NCBI GenBank assembly: GCA_044371545.1
Contig: JBILTM010000001.1
Coordinates: 30,316-94,315, forward strand
DNA from: Burkholderiaceae bacterium
Lineage (GTDB): Bacteria; Pseudomonadota; Gammaproteobacteria; Burkholderiales; Burkholderiaceae_E
Reading direction: 5' to 3'
Length of the DNA: 64,000 nt
The notes below the pieces were generated by a model. It was not told where the DNA came from and did not search any database. It saw nothing but the letters and a program-made list of their open reading frames with translations. This document shows positions 50,023 through 59,737 of the stretch, in pieces; within the stretch, counting starts at the first letter, position 1; each line of letters opens with the position of its first letter. Both the position numbers and the translations under genes were made by a program.

Positions 50023-52563
50023 CTACTGCAGCACGCCCGCCCGCACGTCCGAGCGGCTGAGCAGACGGATCGGCACCCGCTTGACCCGCCAGATGTCGGC
50101 CGCGTACTCGTTGATCGTCCGGTCAGACGAGAAGCTGCCCGAGCGCGCGCTGTTCAGGATCGACATCCGCGTCCAGCGCTCCGGGTCGCGGTAGGTCGCG
50201 TCGACGCGCGCCTGGCACTCGACGTAGTCGTCGAAGTCGGCGAGCAGCAGGTACGGGTCGTGGTGCAGCAGGTTGTCGAGCAGCGGCCGGAAGAGCCACG
50301 GGTCGCCGGCGCTGAAGTGCCCGCTGCCGATCAGGTCGAGCGCGGCGCGCAGCCGCGGGTTCGACTCGTACAGGTCCATCGGCCGGTAGCCGGCGCGCCA
50401 CAGCGCGTCGACCTCCTCGACGGTCTTGCCGAACAGGAAGAAGTTCTCCGCGCCGACCGCCTCGCGGATCTCGATGTTCGCGCCGTCGAGCGTGCCGACC
50501 GTCAGCGCGCCGTTCATCGTGAACTTCATGTTGCCGGTGCCGGAGGCCTCCTTGCCGGCCGTCGAGATCTGCTCGGAGACGTCGGCGGCCGGATAGACGC
50601 GGTGGCCGATGCTGACGTTGAAGTTCGGCAGGAACACCACCTTCAGCAACCCGCGGGTCGCCGGGTCGTCGTTGACCATGGTCGCCACCGAGTTGATCAG
50701 CTTGATGATCAGCTTCGCCATCCGGTAGCCGGGCGCCGCCTTGCCGCCGAACACGAAGGTGCGCGGCGCCACCTCGAGCGTCGGGTCCTCGCGCAGCTGG
50801 CGATACAGGTCGACGATGTTCAGCACCGCGAGGTGCTGGCGCTTGTATTCGTGGATCCGCTTGACCTGGATGTCGAAGATCGATCGCGGGTCGGTGACGA
50901 TCCCGGTGCGCCGGCGAAGCTGCGCGGCGAGCACCCGCTTGTTCTCGAGCTTCACCTCGCGCCACTCGGCGCGGAACGCCGCATCGTCGGCCATCGGCTC
51001 GAGCCAGCGCAGCTGCTCGAGCTCGCGGACCCAGCCGTCGCCGATCGCCTCGGTGACCAGCGCCGCGAGCCGCGGGTTGCTGAGCGCGACGAAGCGCCGC
51101 GGCGTCACGCCGTTGGTCTTGTTGCTGAACTTCTCCGGCCACATCGCATGGAAGTCGTGCAGCACGTCGCGCTCGAGCAGCTGCGTGTGCAGCTTCGCGA
51201 CGCCGTTGATCGCGTGGCTGCCGACGCAGGCGAGGTGCGCCATCCGCACCGCGCGGCCGTGCTGCTCGTCGATCAGCGACATCCGGGCGATGGCCTCGTG
51301 GTCGCCGGGGAAGCGACGCCGCACCTCGTCGAGGAAGGCGGCGTTGACGTCGTAGATGATCTCGAGGTGGCGCGGCAGCACGCGGCCGAAGAGGTCCAGC
51401 GGCCAGCGCTCGAGCGCCTCGGGCAGCAGCGTGTGGTTGGTGTAGGACAGGCTGCGGCGCGTGATCTCCCAGGCCTCGGTCCACGGCATGTCCTGCTCGT
51501 CGACCAGCAGCCGCATCAGCTCGGCGACCGCGATCGCGGGGTGCGTGTCGTTCAGCTGGATCGCGAACTTCTCGTGGAACGACGACAGCGGCAGCTTCTG
51601 CGTGCGCATGATCCGCAGCATGTCCTGCAGCGCGCAGGACACGAAGAAGAACTGCTGCTCGAGCCGCAGCTCCTTGCCCTGGACCGACTCGTCGTTCGGG
51701 TAGAGCACCTTGGTCAGGTTCTCGGCGACGATCTTCAGGTTCACCGCGCCCCAGTAGTCGCCGCGGTTGAAGCGCTCGAGGTCGAAGCCCTCGGGCGCCT
51801 CGGCACGGAACAGGCGCAGCGTGTTGCAGGTGTGGGTGCGGTAGCCGAGGATCGGCGTGTCGTAGGGCACGCCGTTGGCGACCTTCGCCGGCACCCAGCG
51901 CACGCGCTCGCGCCCGGAGGCATCCCGGGCGCGCTCGGTGTGGCCGCCGAAGCCGACCTGCAGCGTCCACTCCGGCCGCACGATCTCCCACGGGTTGCCG
52001 TGGCGCAGCCAGCGGTCGGTCTTCTCGACCTGCCAGCCGTCCTCGATCGCCTGGTGAAGGATGCCGAACTCGTAGCGGATGCCGTAGCCGAGCGAGGGCA
52101 ACTCGAGCGTCGCCATCGAGTCGAGGAAACACGCGGCGAGCCGCCCCAGGCCGCCGTTGCCGAGGCCCGGCTCGACCTCCTCGTCGAGCAGGTCGTCGAA
52201 GTCGAGCCCGAGCTCGGTCATCGCCTGCCGGGCCTGCTTCTGGATCCCGAGGTTGACCAGGTTGTTGCCGAGGTGCGGCCCCATCAGGAACTCGGCCGAC
52301 AGGTAGGCGACGGTGCGCGCGCCGCTCTTCGTGTACTCGGCGGCGGTGCTGATCCAGCGCTGCAGCAGCCGGTCGCGGACGACGTGCGCGAGCGCGAGGT
52401 AGTAGTCGGTCCGGGTCGCGAGCGCGGGGAACTTGCCCTGCACGTAGAACAGGTTGTCGAGGAAGGCGCGCTTGAGCGCCTCCTTGCTGAGTCCGGTGCG
52501 GTGGTCTTCGGCGTCGCGTCGGGCGCTGTCGCCCGGGCCGTCGCCCGCGGTCCGCTGGTCCAA
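50023..52563 (-). CDS. glgP: Glycogen/maltodextrin phosphorylase
   Basis: 846 aa. NGGLGRLAACFLDS, TNHTLLPEALE, EASGTGNMKFTMNGALTVGTLDGANIEI (PLP site). Confidence 0.96.
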   Translation of the reverse strand: MDQRTAGDGPGDSARRDAEDHRTGLSKEALKRAFLDNLFYVQGKFPALATRTDYYLALAHVVRDRLLQRWISTAAEYTKSGARTVAYLSAEFLMGPHLGNNLVNLGIQKQARQAMTELGLDFDDLLDEEVEPGLGNGGLGRLAACFLDSMATLELPSLGYGIRYEFGILHQAIEDGWQVEKTDRWLRHGNPWEIVRPEWTLQVGFGGHTERARDASGRERVRWVPAKVANGVPYDTPILGYRTHTCNTLRLFRAEAPEGFDLERFNRGDYWGAVNLKIVAENLTKVLYPNDESVQGKELRLEQQFFFVSCALQDMLRIMRTQKLPLSSFHEKFAIQLNDTHPAIAVAELMRLLVDEQDMPWTEAWEITRRSLSYTNHTLLPEALERWPLDLFGRVLPRHLEIIYDVNAAFLDEVRRRFPGDHEAIARMSLIDEQHGRAVRMAHLACVGSHAINGVAKLHTQLLERDVLHDFHAMWPEKFSNKTNGVTPRRFVALSNPRLAALVTEAIGDGWVRELEQLRWLEPMADDAAFRAEWREVKLENKRVLAAQLRRRTGIVTDPRSIFDIQVKRIHEYKRQHLAVLNIVDLYRQLREDPTLEVAPRTFVFGGKAAPGYRMAKLIIKLINSVATMVNDDPATRGLLKVVFLPNFNVSIGHRVYPAADVSEQISTAGKEASGTGNMKFTMNGALTVGTLDGANIEIREAVGAENFFLFGKTVEEVDALWRAGYRPMDLYESNPRLRAALDLIGSGHFSAGDPWLFRPLLDNLLHHDPYLLLADFDDYVECQARVDATYRDPERWTRMSILNSARSGSFSSDRTINEYAADIWRVKRVPIRLLSRSDVRAGVLQ

Positions 52564-52815
52564 GGTACGCTCTCCGAGGTTCGTTCCCCGTCACGCTAGC
52601 AAGAACTGCGCTAGTGATGAATCGTGGATATGCACAAGGGCGGTGCGCGGTGCCGTGCCGCTGCCGAACGGCCCGTCTCCTGGAACGGTCGAGGCGGCGG
52701 CGCGACGGCGCCGGACGGGGCGCCTCGACAGCGTGGCCTTGCGCGGTCAGACTCCGCGCGGCGCCGGGGTGGGGGCGGGCCGCCACGCTCCGGCCGGGCG
52801 TCGGCGCCCGCCGAG

Positions 52816-55101
52816 ATGCCTGCCGTGCCGTTCGCCCACCCGTTCCCGCACCGACCCGCACCGACCCGCACCGTGCCCCCGATCGATCCCGCCACGCCGG
52901 CCCCGGCCGCCGGCCCCAGCCGCTCCCCCGCAGACCGCCGGGCAGCGGTCGGCTTCGCCGCGGTGATCCTCGCGAGCGCGTTCCTGCTGTTCCAGGTCCA
53001 GCCGATGGCCGGCAAGGCGATCCTGCCGTGGTTCGGCGGCACGCCGGCGGTGTGGACCACGGCGATGCTGTTCTTCCAGTGCGTGCTGTTCGGCGGCTAC
53101 GTCTACGCGCACCTGCTCGCGCGCCACGCCGCGCCGCGCACCCAGGTCGCGGTCCACGTCGCGCTGCTCGCGCTCGCCGCGTGGCTCGCCGCCGGCGTGC
53201 TGCCCGACGCGGCGCTCAAGCCCGCCGGCGACGACGCGCCGGTCGCGACGATCCTGTGGATCCTCGCGGCGAGCGTCGGCCTGCCGTACTTCTGCCTCGC
53301 CACCACCGGCCCGCTGCTGCAGCACTGGTTCGCGCAGGCGGGCCTGGGCGGCGCGGTGTTCCGGCTCTACGCGCTGTCGAACCTCGGTTCCTTCGCCGCG
53401 CTGCTGTCGTTCCCCTACCTGTTCGAGCCGCGGTTCGAGCTGCCGACGATCGCGCGACTCTGGACCGCGGGCTTCTGGGCGTTCGCCGCGGGCTGCGCGA
53501 CCGTCGCGATCACGGTGGTGGCGGCGCGTGCGCGCACCCCGGCCGCGACATCGCCCGGCGCGAGCATCGCCGCGCCGGGCGGGGTCGAGGGTCCGCCGAC
53601 CTGGCGCACGCGCGCCGTGTGGCTCGCGCTGCCGGCGCTCGCGTCGCTCGCATTCGTCGCGACCACCGACCACGTCAGCCACGACATCGCGCCCGAGCCG
53701 CGGCTGTGGATCACGACGCTCGCGCTGTACCTGCTCACCTTCATCCTGGCCTTCGACCATCCGCGCTGGTACCGGCCGGCGCTGACCGCGGCGGCGTGCG
53801 TCGCCGGGGTGCTCGCGCTCGCCGGGCGCGAGGCGATCGTCGAGGCGCTCGGGCTGTCGTGGAGCCTCGGCGTCGACGGCCTGCGCACGCTGCACTACGC
53901 GGCGATGTTCGCCGCCTGCCTGCTGTGCCACGGCGAGCTGTACCGGCGCCGGCCGCGCGACGTGCGGCACCTGACCGGGTTCTACCTGTGGATGTCGGCG
54001 GGCGGCGCCTGCGGCGGGCTGTTCGTCGCGCTGGTCGCGACGAACCTCTTCGACGACTACCACGAGTGGCCGCTGCTGCTGGTCGCGATGCTCGCGCTCG
54101 CGTTCGCGGTGCTCGCGCGCGAAGCGGGCGGCACCGGCACGCGCCGTCGCCCGGTGCGCGCGGTGGCCGCGCTCGCCGCGCTCGCACTCGGCCTCGCGGT
54201 GCTGCGCTGGGAGGATCCGTTCGGCTGGCGCGACCCGTCGACGCCCGAGCGCATCGAGGTCCGGCTCGACCAGACGCGCAACTTCTACGGCACGGTGTCG
54301 GTCGCCGAGCGCCGCCATCCGGGCGACCCGTCGCGCGACCACCGCGTGTTCTTCAGCGGCCAGATCACGCACGGCATCCAGTACCTCGACCCGGCGCTCA
54401 AGCGCGCGCCCGTCACCTACTACTCAGAGGACAGCGGCATCGGCGAGACGCTGCGCTGGGTGGCGGCCCGCCAGCCGGCCGCGCGCGTCGCGCTGGTCGG
54501 GCTGGGCGCCGGCACGCTCGCGACCTACGCGCGCGAGGCCGACACCTACGACTTCTACGAGATCAACCCCGAGGCGGTGCGCGTCGCCAACGCGTTCTTC
54601 GACAACCTCGCCACCTGCCGGGCGCGCACCACGTCGACCTTCGTCGGCGACGCGCGGCTGAGCTTCGAGCGGCTGCCCGCCGACGTCCGCTACGACGTGA
54701 TCGTGCTCGACGCGTTCACCGGCGGCTCGGTGCCGACGCACCTGCTGACGCGCGAGGCCTTCGAGACCTGGCACCGTCACCTCGCGCCCGGCGGCTTCAT
54801 CGCGATCAACATCACCAACGGCTACCTGAACCTGTATCCGGTGGTGCGCGCGCAGGCCGAGGCGCTCGGCCTCGGTTTCCGCAACAAGTGGCTCGCGGCC
54901 GACCGCGCGCGCCTCGTGCGGCAGAACCAGCACTTCGTGATGACGCGCGACGAGTCGTACCTGCGCGCGCATCCCTCGGTGAACCGGCCGATCCGCGACG
55001 CCTCGGGCGCGATCGTGGGCCGCGAGCAGCTCGACGTGCCCGGGCTGCGGACCTGGACCGACCACTACGGCAGCATCGGCGCGATCGAGTGGCGCGACTG
55101 A
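52816..55101 (+). CDS. Fused polytopic membrane domain / spermidine-synthase-like methyltransferase-fold protein
   Basis: The ORF 52624..55101 was trimmed to the ATG at 52816. N-terminal multi-TM region (FLLFQVQPMAGKAILPWFGGTPAVWTTAMLFFQ...). C-terminal [12 protein letters not shown]...YDVIVLDAF...LAPGGFIAINI SpeE-like fold. Start uncertain. Confidence 0.72.
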   Translation: MPAVPFAHPFPHRPAPTRTVPPIDPATPAPAAGPSRSPADRRAAVGFAAVILASAFLLFQVQPMAGKAILPWFGGTPAVWTTAMLFFQCVLFGGYVYAHLLARHAAPRTQVAVHVALLALAAWLAAGVLPDAALKPAGDDAPVATILWILAASVGLPYFCLATTGPLLQHWFAQAGLGGAVFRLYALSNLGSFAALLSFPYLFEPRFELPTIARLWTAGFWAFAAGCATVAITVVAARARTPAATSPGASIAAPGGVEGPPTWRTRAVWLALPALASLAFVATTDHVSHDIAPEPRLWITTLALYLLTFILAFDHPRWYRPALTAAACVAGVLALAGREAIVEALGLSWSLGVDGLRTLHYAAMFAACLLCHGELYRRRPRDVRHLTGFYLWMSAGGACGGLFVALVATNLFDDYHEWPLLLVAMLALAFAVLAREAGGTGTRRRPVRAVAALAALALGLAVLRWEDPFGWRDPSTPERIEVRLDQTRNFYGTVSVAERRHPGDPSRDHRVFFSGQITHGIQYLDPALKRAPVTYYSEDSGIGETLRWVAARQPAARVALVGLGAGTLATYAREADTYDFYEINPEAVRVANAFFDNLATCRARTTSTFVGDARLSFERLPADVRYDVIVLDAFTGGSVPTHLLTREAFETWHRHLAPGGFIAINITNGYLNLYPVVRAQAEALGLGFRNKWLAADRARLVRQNQHFVMTRDESYLRAHPSVNRPIRDASGAIVGREQLDVPGLRTWTDHYGSIGAIEWRD

Positions 55102-55151
55102 GCGCGGCCGGCGCCCGGTCGCGGCCGCCCGCCCGCACTACACTCCTCCCG

Positions 55152-55745
55152 ATGAGACGCGACGTCGACCTCGCCCACGCCAGCCGGCTCGTGAACCACG
55201 GCCCGACGGTGCTCGTCGGCAGCGCGCACGGCGGGCGCCGCAACCTGATGGCGGCCGCGTGGTCGATGCCGGTCGAGTTCACGCCGCCGCGGATCGCGGT
55301 CGTGATCGACAAGGCCACGTACACGCGCGAGCTCGTCGAGGCGAGCGGCGCCTTCTCGCTGTCGCTGCCGTGCCCGGCGCTCGCCGACCTGACCTGGACG
55401 GTCGGCTCGGTCAGCGGCCGCGATCCGGCCGAGGACAAGTTCGCGCGCTATGCGATCGACGCGTTCGACGGGCCGGTGCTCGGGTTGCCGTGGATCGCCG
55501 GCTGCGTCGCCTGGCTCGAGTGCCGCGTGATCCCCGAGCCGCACGCGCAGCAGGCCTACGACACCTTCTTCGGCGAGGTGCTCGCCGCGCAGGCCGACGC
55601 GCGCGTGTTCGACGCCGGCCGCTGGACGATGACCGCCGACAACGCCGCGCTGCACACGATCCACCACCTGGGCGCGGGGCGCTTCGTGCCCGCCGGGCCG
55701 ATGATGCAGGCCGACCGGCTCGCACCGCGCGGCCCGGCGCCCTGA
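55152..55745 (+). CDS. Flavin reductase-like domain protein
   Basis: The 3' part of ORF 52614..55745 from the ATG at 55152. HGPTVLVGS...NLMAAAWSMPV pattern, 197 aa. Confidence 0.8.
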   Translation: MRRDVDLAHASRLVNHGPTVLVGSAHGGRRNLMAAAWSMPVEFTPPRIAVVIDKATYTRELVEASGAFSLSLPCPALADLTWTVGSVSGRDPAEDKFARYAIDAFDGPVLGLPWIAGCVAWLECRVIPEPHAQQAYDTFFGEVLAAQADARVFDAGRWTMTADNAALHTIHHLGAGRFVPAGPMMQADRLAPRGPAP

Positions 55746-55771
55746 GACGCACGACGACCGAGGAGACGACG

Positions 55772-56527
55772 ATGGACGACCTGGTGCTGCGCACCGACCG
55801 CGACGGCGCGGCGACGCTGACGCTGAACCGCCCCGACAAGCTGAACGCGCTGAACGTCGCGCTCTTCGAGGCGCTCGACGCGCACCTCGACGCGATCGAG
55901 CGCAGCACCGACACCGTGGGCCTGGTGATCGTCCGCGGCGCCGGGCGCTGCTTCTCGGCCGGCCACGACCTCGGCGACATCTCGACCGGCGAGGCGCTGC
56001 CGCGGCCGCATTTCCAGGCCTCGGTGATCGAGCGGCTCGCGAACCTGCCGCAGCCGGTGATCTCGGCGGTGCACGGCCACTGCTACACCGGCGCGCTCGA
56101 GCTCGCGCTGGCCGGCGACATCGTGTTCGCGGCCGAGGGCGCGAAGTTCGCCGACACCCACGCGAAATGGGCGCTGACGCCGGTCTGGGGGCTCTCCCAG
56201 CGGCTGCCGCGCCGCGTCGGTACCTACGTCGCGCGCGAGCTGATGATGACCTGCCGCGTGGTGGGCGGCCGCGAGGCCGAGCGGATCGGGCTCGCCAACG
56301 CCTGCGTGCCCGATGCCGGGTTCGACGACGCGCTCGCGCGGTTCGCCGACGGCATCCTCGCGCAGAGCTGGTTCAGCCACCGCGCGAACAAGCGACTGCT
56401 GCGCGAGACCGACGGGCTGTCGCTCGGGGCCGGCCTCGCGCACGAGGCGTACCGCACCGAGGGCCGCGGGCCGGACATGGACGTGCGCATCGCCGCGTTC
56501 AAGGCGAAGACCGCGAAGGTCGGCTGA
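55772..56527 (+). CDS. Enoyl-CoA hydratase/isomerase (crotonase) family protein
   Basis: ATG at 55772, preceded by GAGGAG. LTLNRPDKLNAL, FSAGHDL, GHCYTGALELALAGD motifs. Confidence 0.88.
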   Translation: MDDLVLRTDRDGAATLTLNRPDKLNALNVALFEALDAHLDAIERSTDTVGLVIVRGAGRCFSAGHDLGDISTGEALPRPHFQASVIERLANLPQPVISAVHGHCYTGALELALAGDIVFAAEGAKFADTHAKWALTPVWGLSQRLPRRVGTYVARELMMTCRVVGGREAERIGLANACVPDAGFDDALARFADGILAQSWFSHRANKRLLRETDGLSLGAGLAHEAYRTEGRGPDMDVRIAAFKAKTAKVG

Positions 56528-56543
56528 GCGCGCGCGCCGCGCG

Positions 56544-57410
56544 TCAGGCCATGAACGCCTCGATCAGCCGGGAGAGCCGCTCCGGCTGGTCGTGGTGCAC
56601 GTTGTGCCCGGCGTCCTCGACGTGCTCGATCCGCAGGTCCGCGTACGCGCCCGCGCGCGCCTCGAAGGCCTGCGGGTCGGCGGCGAGGCGGGCCCACAGG
56701 CCCGACTGCGCGCCGTCGACCCAGAGCACCGCCGCGCGGGTCTGCCGCCAGCAGTCGATCACCTCGTCCTGCGGCAGCGCGAGCGGGCTCGTGCGCTTCA
56801 ACGCCGGGTCGGCGCGGCGCACCACCGTGCCGTCGGGCGCGAGCTCGCCCCACTGCTCGGCGAGGAAGCGGGCACGCGCCTCGTCGAGGCGCGGGTTCTC
56901 CGAGCGCATCCGCAGCGCGAACTCGTCGAAGCTCTCGTAGGGGCGCTGCGTGGTGTCGTCGCCGAGCTGCGCGAGCCACTTCGCGTAGCGCCGCGGCGCC
57001 GGGTCGTGGCGCCCGCCGGGCGGCCCGAAGCCGTCGACGTTGACCAGCCGCGCGACCCGGTCCGGCCGCACGCCCGCGTACAGCGCGGCGACCTGTGCGC
57101 CCATGCTGTGCCCGACGAGGCGGGCCGGCGCGTCCGGCGTGACCTGCTCCAGCAGCGCGTCCAGGTCGGCGACGTAGTCGGGGAACCAGTAGGTGTCGGC
57201 GCCGCTGCGCCCCGACAGGCCGTGGCCGCGCCAGTCGGGCGCGACGACCTGCCAGTCGCGCTCGAGCGCGTCGACGACGAACTGCCACGACGCCGACACG
57301 TCCTGCGAGCCGTGCAGCAGCACCAGCGGCGGGGCGTGCCCCGGGCCCCAGCGGCGCAGGTGGTAGTCGACGCCCCGGATCGGCACGGTCTCCGAACGGC
57401 TCGCTCTCAT
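56544..57410 (-). CDS. Alpha/beta-fold hydrolase
   Basis: LVLLHGSQD, nucleophile elbow GHSMGA, C-terminal DAGHNVHHD. Confidence 0.85.
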   Translation of the reverse strand: MRASRSETVPIRGVDYHLRRWGPGHAPPLVLLHGSQDVSASWQFVVDALERDWQVVAPDWRGHGLSGRSGADTYWFPDYVADLDALLEQVTPDAPARLVGHSMGAQVAALYAGVRPDRVARLVNVDGFGPPGGRHDPAPRRYAKWLAQLGDDTTQRPYESFDEFALRMRSENPRLDEARARFLAEQWGELAPDGTVVRRADPALKRTSPLALPQDEVIDCWRQTRAAVLWVDGAQSGLWARLAADPQAFEARAGAYADLRIEHVEDAGHNVHHDQPERLSRLIEAFMA

Positions 57411-57571
57411 GCGGGTCTCCTCGCGGCCGCCGGCGGCCGATGTCCGATGGTACCCACCCGCCGTGCGGCCGCGGTCCGCGTCCGGCGCGACGGCGTTCCG
57501 CGCGCGCGTGTTCCGGCACCGCCGGCGGGCGCCGCTGCGCTAGCATCGATTCGCCCCTCAGGAGACCGCCG

Positions 57572-58681
57572 ATGTCGATCGATTCGCTGTTCCACCCGCT
57601 GAAGGTGGGCCCGCTGACGCTGTCGCACCGCGTCGTGATGGCGCCGCTCACCCGGATGCGCGCGACCGTGCCCGGCTGCGTGCCCAACGCGCTGAACGCC
57701 CGCTACTACGCGCAGCGCGCGACCCCGGGCGGGCTGATCGTCGCCGAGGCCTCGCAGGTCGACCCGGGCGGGCGCACCGCGCCGTCGACCCCGGGCATCC
57801 ACTCGGACGAGCAGGTCGAGGGCTGGTCGCAGGTGGTGCGCGCGATCCACGAGCGGGGCGGCCACGTGTTCCTGCAGCTGTGGCACGTGGGCCGCCTGTC
57901 GCACTCGTCCTACCAGTCCGACGGCGGCCCGCCGGTCGCGCCGTCCGAGGTCCGGGCCGAAGGCATGGTGCGCACCGCCGACGGCGGGCGCGAGCCGTAC
58001 CAGACGCCGCGCGCGCTGCGCACCGACGAGCTCCCCGGCCTCCTGGAGGCCTACGCGCGCGCCGCGCGCAACGCGATGCGCGCCGGCTTCGACGGCGTCG
58101 AGGTGCACGGCGCGAACGGCTACCTGCTCGAGCAGTTCCTGCAGTCGCGCACCAACCTGCGCACCGACGCGTACGGCGGCTCGATCGAGGGCCGCGCGCG
58201 CCTGCTGCTCGAGGTGACGCGCGCGGTCGCATCGGTGTGCGGCGCCGAGCGCGTCGGGGTTCGCCTGTCGCCGTTCGGCGTCGCCAACGGCAGCGGCGAG
58301 GACGACCCCGAGCCGCTGTACCGCCACGTGATCCGTGCGCTCGACGCGCTCGGCCTCGCCTACCTGCACCTGATCGAGCCGCGCGCCAGCGGCGCCGGCC
58401 AGGCCGAGGTCGACCGGCAGGGCGTGCCCTCGGCGGCCGCGATGTTCCGGCCCGACTGGCACGGCGTGCTGATCGCGGCCGGCAACTTCCGCGGCGACGG
58501 CGCCGCCGCGATGGTCGAGGCGGGCCACGCCGACGCGATCGCGTTCGGCCGGCTCTTCATCTCCAACCCCGACCTGCCGGCGCGGCTGCGCGCGGGCGCG
58601 CCGCTGACGCCGTACGACCGCGCGACCTTCTACACGCAGGGCGAGGCGGGCTACGTCGACTATCCGACGATGGCGGGCTGA
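57572..58681 (+). CDS. nemA: Old-Yellow-Enzyme family NADH:flavin oxidoreductase (N-ethylmaleimide reductase-like)
   Basis: ATG at 57572, preceded by AGGAGA. VMAPLTRMRA, LQLWHVGR, HGANGYLLEQFL, AFGRLFISNPDLP motifs. Confidence 0.9.
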   Translation: MSIDSLFHPLKVGPLTLSHRVVMAPLTRMRATVPGCVPNALNARYYAQRATPGGLIVAEASQVDPGGRTAPSTPGIHSDEQVEGWSQVVRAIHERGGHVFLQLWHVGRLSHSSYQSDGGPPVAPSEVRAEGMVRTADGGREPYQTPRALRTDELPGLLEAYARAARNAMRAGFDGVEVHGANGYLLEQFLQSRTNLRTDAYGGSIEGRARLLLEVTRAVASVCGAERVGVRLSPFGVANGSGEDDPEPLYRHVIRALDALGLAYLHLIEPRASGAGQAEVDRQGVPSAAAMFRPDWHGVLIAAGNFRGDGAAAMVEAGHADAIAFGRLFISNPDLPARLRAGAPLTPYDRATFYTQGEAGYVDYPTMAG

Positions 58682-58738
58682 TCGGCGACGCGGCCGGCCG
58701 GTCGCCGGGTGTCGGCGACCGCAGGCCGGGCGCGCGCG

Positions 58739-59641
58739 TCAGCCGCGTGCGCCCGGCGCCGGCCCGAGGCCCCGGCTGTGCACGACGAAGCCGGCCGCCA
58801 GCGTGTTGATCTGCGCGCCGGTGATCTCGCTCAGCACCCGGCCGCGCTCTGACGGGATCGCCGCGTTCAGGTGCTGCACCGGCCGGCCCTCGAGGTCGTG
58901 GATCAGCCGCACCAGCGTCAGCAGCGGCGCGCCGACCTCGGTGTCGAGCAGCGCCGCCTCGCGCGCGTCGGCGGTCTTCGCGCCGATCTCCTGCACGACG
59001 CGGCCGAAGCGCACGCCCTGCGCCATCAGGATCTCGTAGAGCGGGCGGCGCGCGAGCGCGGCCGCGGTGATGCGCCCACCGAGCCGCTCGGGTACCCAGG
59101 CGCCGGTGGCCATCACCGGCACGCCGTCGAGGCTGCGGCATCGCACCGCGTGCAGCGCGCGCTCGCCGGCACCGAGCGCCATCGTCGCGGCCACCTCGGG
59201 CGGCGGTACCGCGTGCGAGACCGAGATGACGCGCACGGTGGTCGACTCGGCGTAGCGGCGCAGCCCGTCGACGAACGACAGCGTCGGCGCGGGCAGCGGC
59301 GCGGGCGCACGTTCGGTGACGAAGGTGCCGAGCCCGTGGCGGCGCTGCACCAGGCCCTGCGCCTGCAGGTCGGACAGCGCGCGCCGCACGGTGATGCGCG
59401 AGACGCCGAAGCGTGCACACAGCGCCTCCTCGGTCGGGAGCGCGTCGCCCGGGCGCCAGGCGCCGCGCACGATCCGGTCGCGCAGCAGCAGGTACAGCTG
59501 CCGGTGCAGCGCGACGCCGCTCGAGCGCGGCAGTCCGACCGCCGGATCGGCGGCGCCGGCCTCGTCCGGCGGCCCGGCCGGAGGGCGACTCGGGCGGGCG
59601 GCTCGGCCGCCGTGGGCGGGTCCGGAGACGGCAGGGCGCAT
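58739..59641 (-). CDS. GntR-family (HutC/UTRA subfamily) transcriptional regulator
   Basis: The ORF 58739..60739 was trimmed to the ATG at 59641. LPTEEALCARFGVSRITVRRALSDLQAQGLVQRRHGLGTFV wHTH plus a UTRA-like C-terminal domain. Confidence 0.85.
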   Translation of the reverse strand: MRPAVSGPAHGGRAARPSRPPAGPPDEAGAADPAVGLPRSSGVALHRQLYLLLRDRIVRGAWRPGDALPTEEALCARFGVSRITVRRALSDLQAQGLVQRRHGLGTFVTERAPAPLPAPTLSFVDGLRRYAESTTVRVISVSHAVPPPEVAATMALGAGERALHAVRCRSLDGVPVMATGAWVPERLGGRITAAALARRPLYEILMAQGVRFGRVVQEIGAKTADAREAALLDTEVGAPLLTLVRLIHDLEGRPVQHLNAAIPSERGRVLSEITGAQINTLAAGFVVHSRGLGPAPGARG

Positions 59642-59686
59642 TTGACAGGGGATGGGTTGTATTGTGACTATGATAACCGGACAACC
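59642..59686. promoter_or_regulatory. Divergent promoter/operator candidate: TTGACA (59642..59647), TATGAT (59669..59674) and inverted repeat GGTTGT-N20-ACAACC (59655..59686)
   Basis: Read directly. This is the only AT-rich island between the GntR gene and the Bug-family gene. The spacing of the hexamers is not canonical (21 nt). Confidence 0.3.
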
Positions 59687-59737
59687 GCCCCGGCACGACC
59701 TCGCCGCGGCCGCGGGGAACAGGGAGGAGACGCATCG

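Noticed and set aside
52845-52874. 10-bp unit CCCGCACCGA repeated about 3 times as a possible phase-variation switch
   Set aside because: Only about 3 copies are present, one imperfect, and the true start codon of the downstream gene is uncertain, so the repeat may lie in the 5' UTR. This is insufficient for a phase-variation claim. It is mentioned under the fused SpeE-like finding only.
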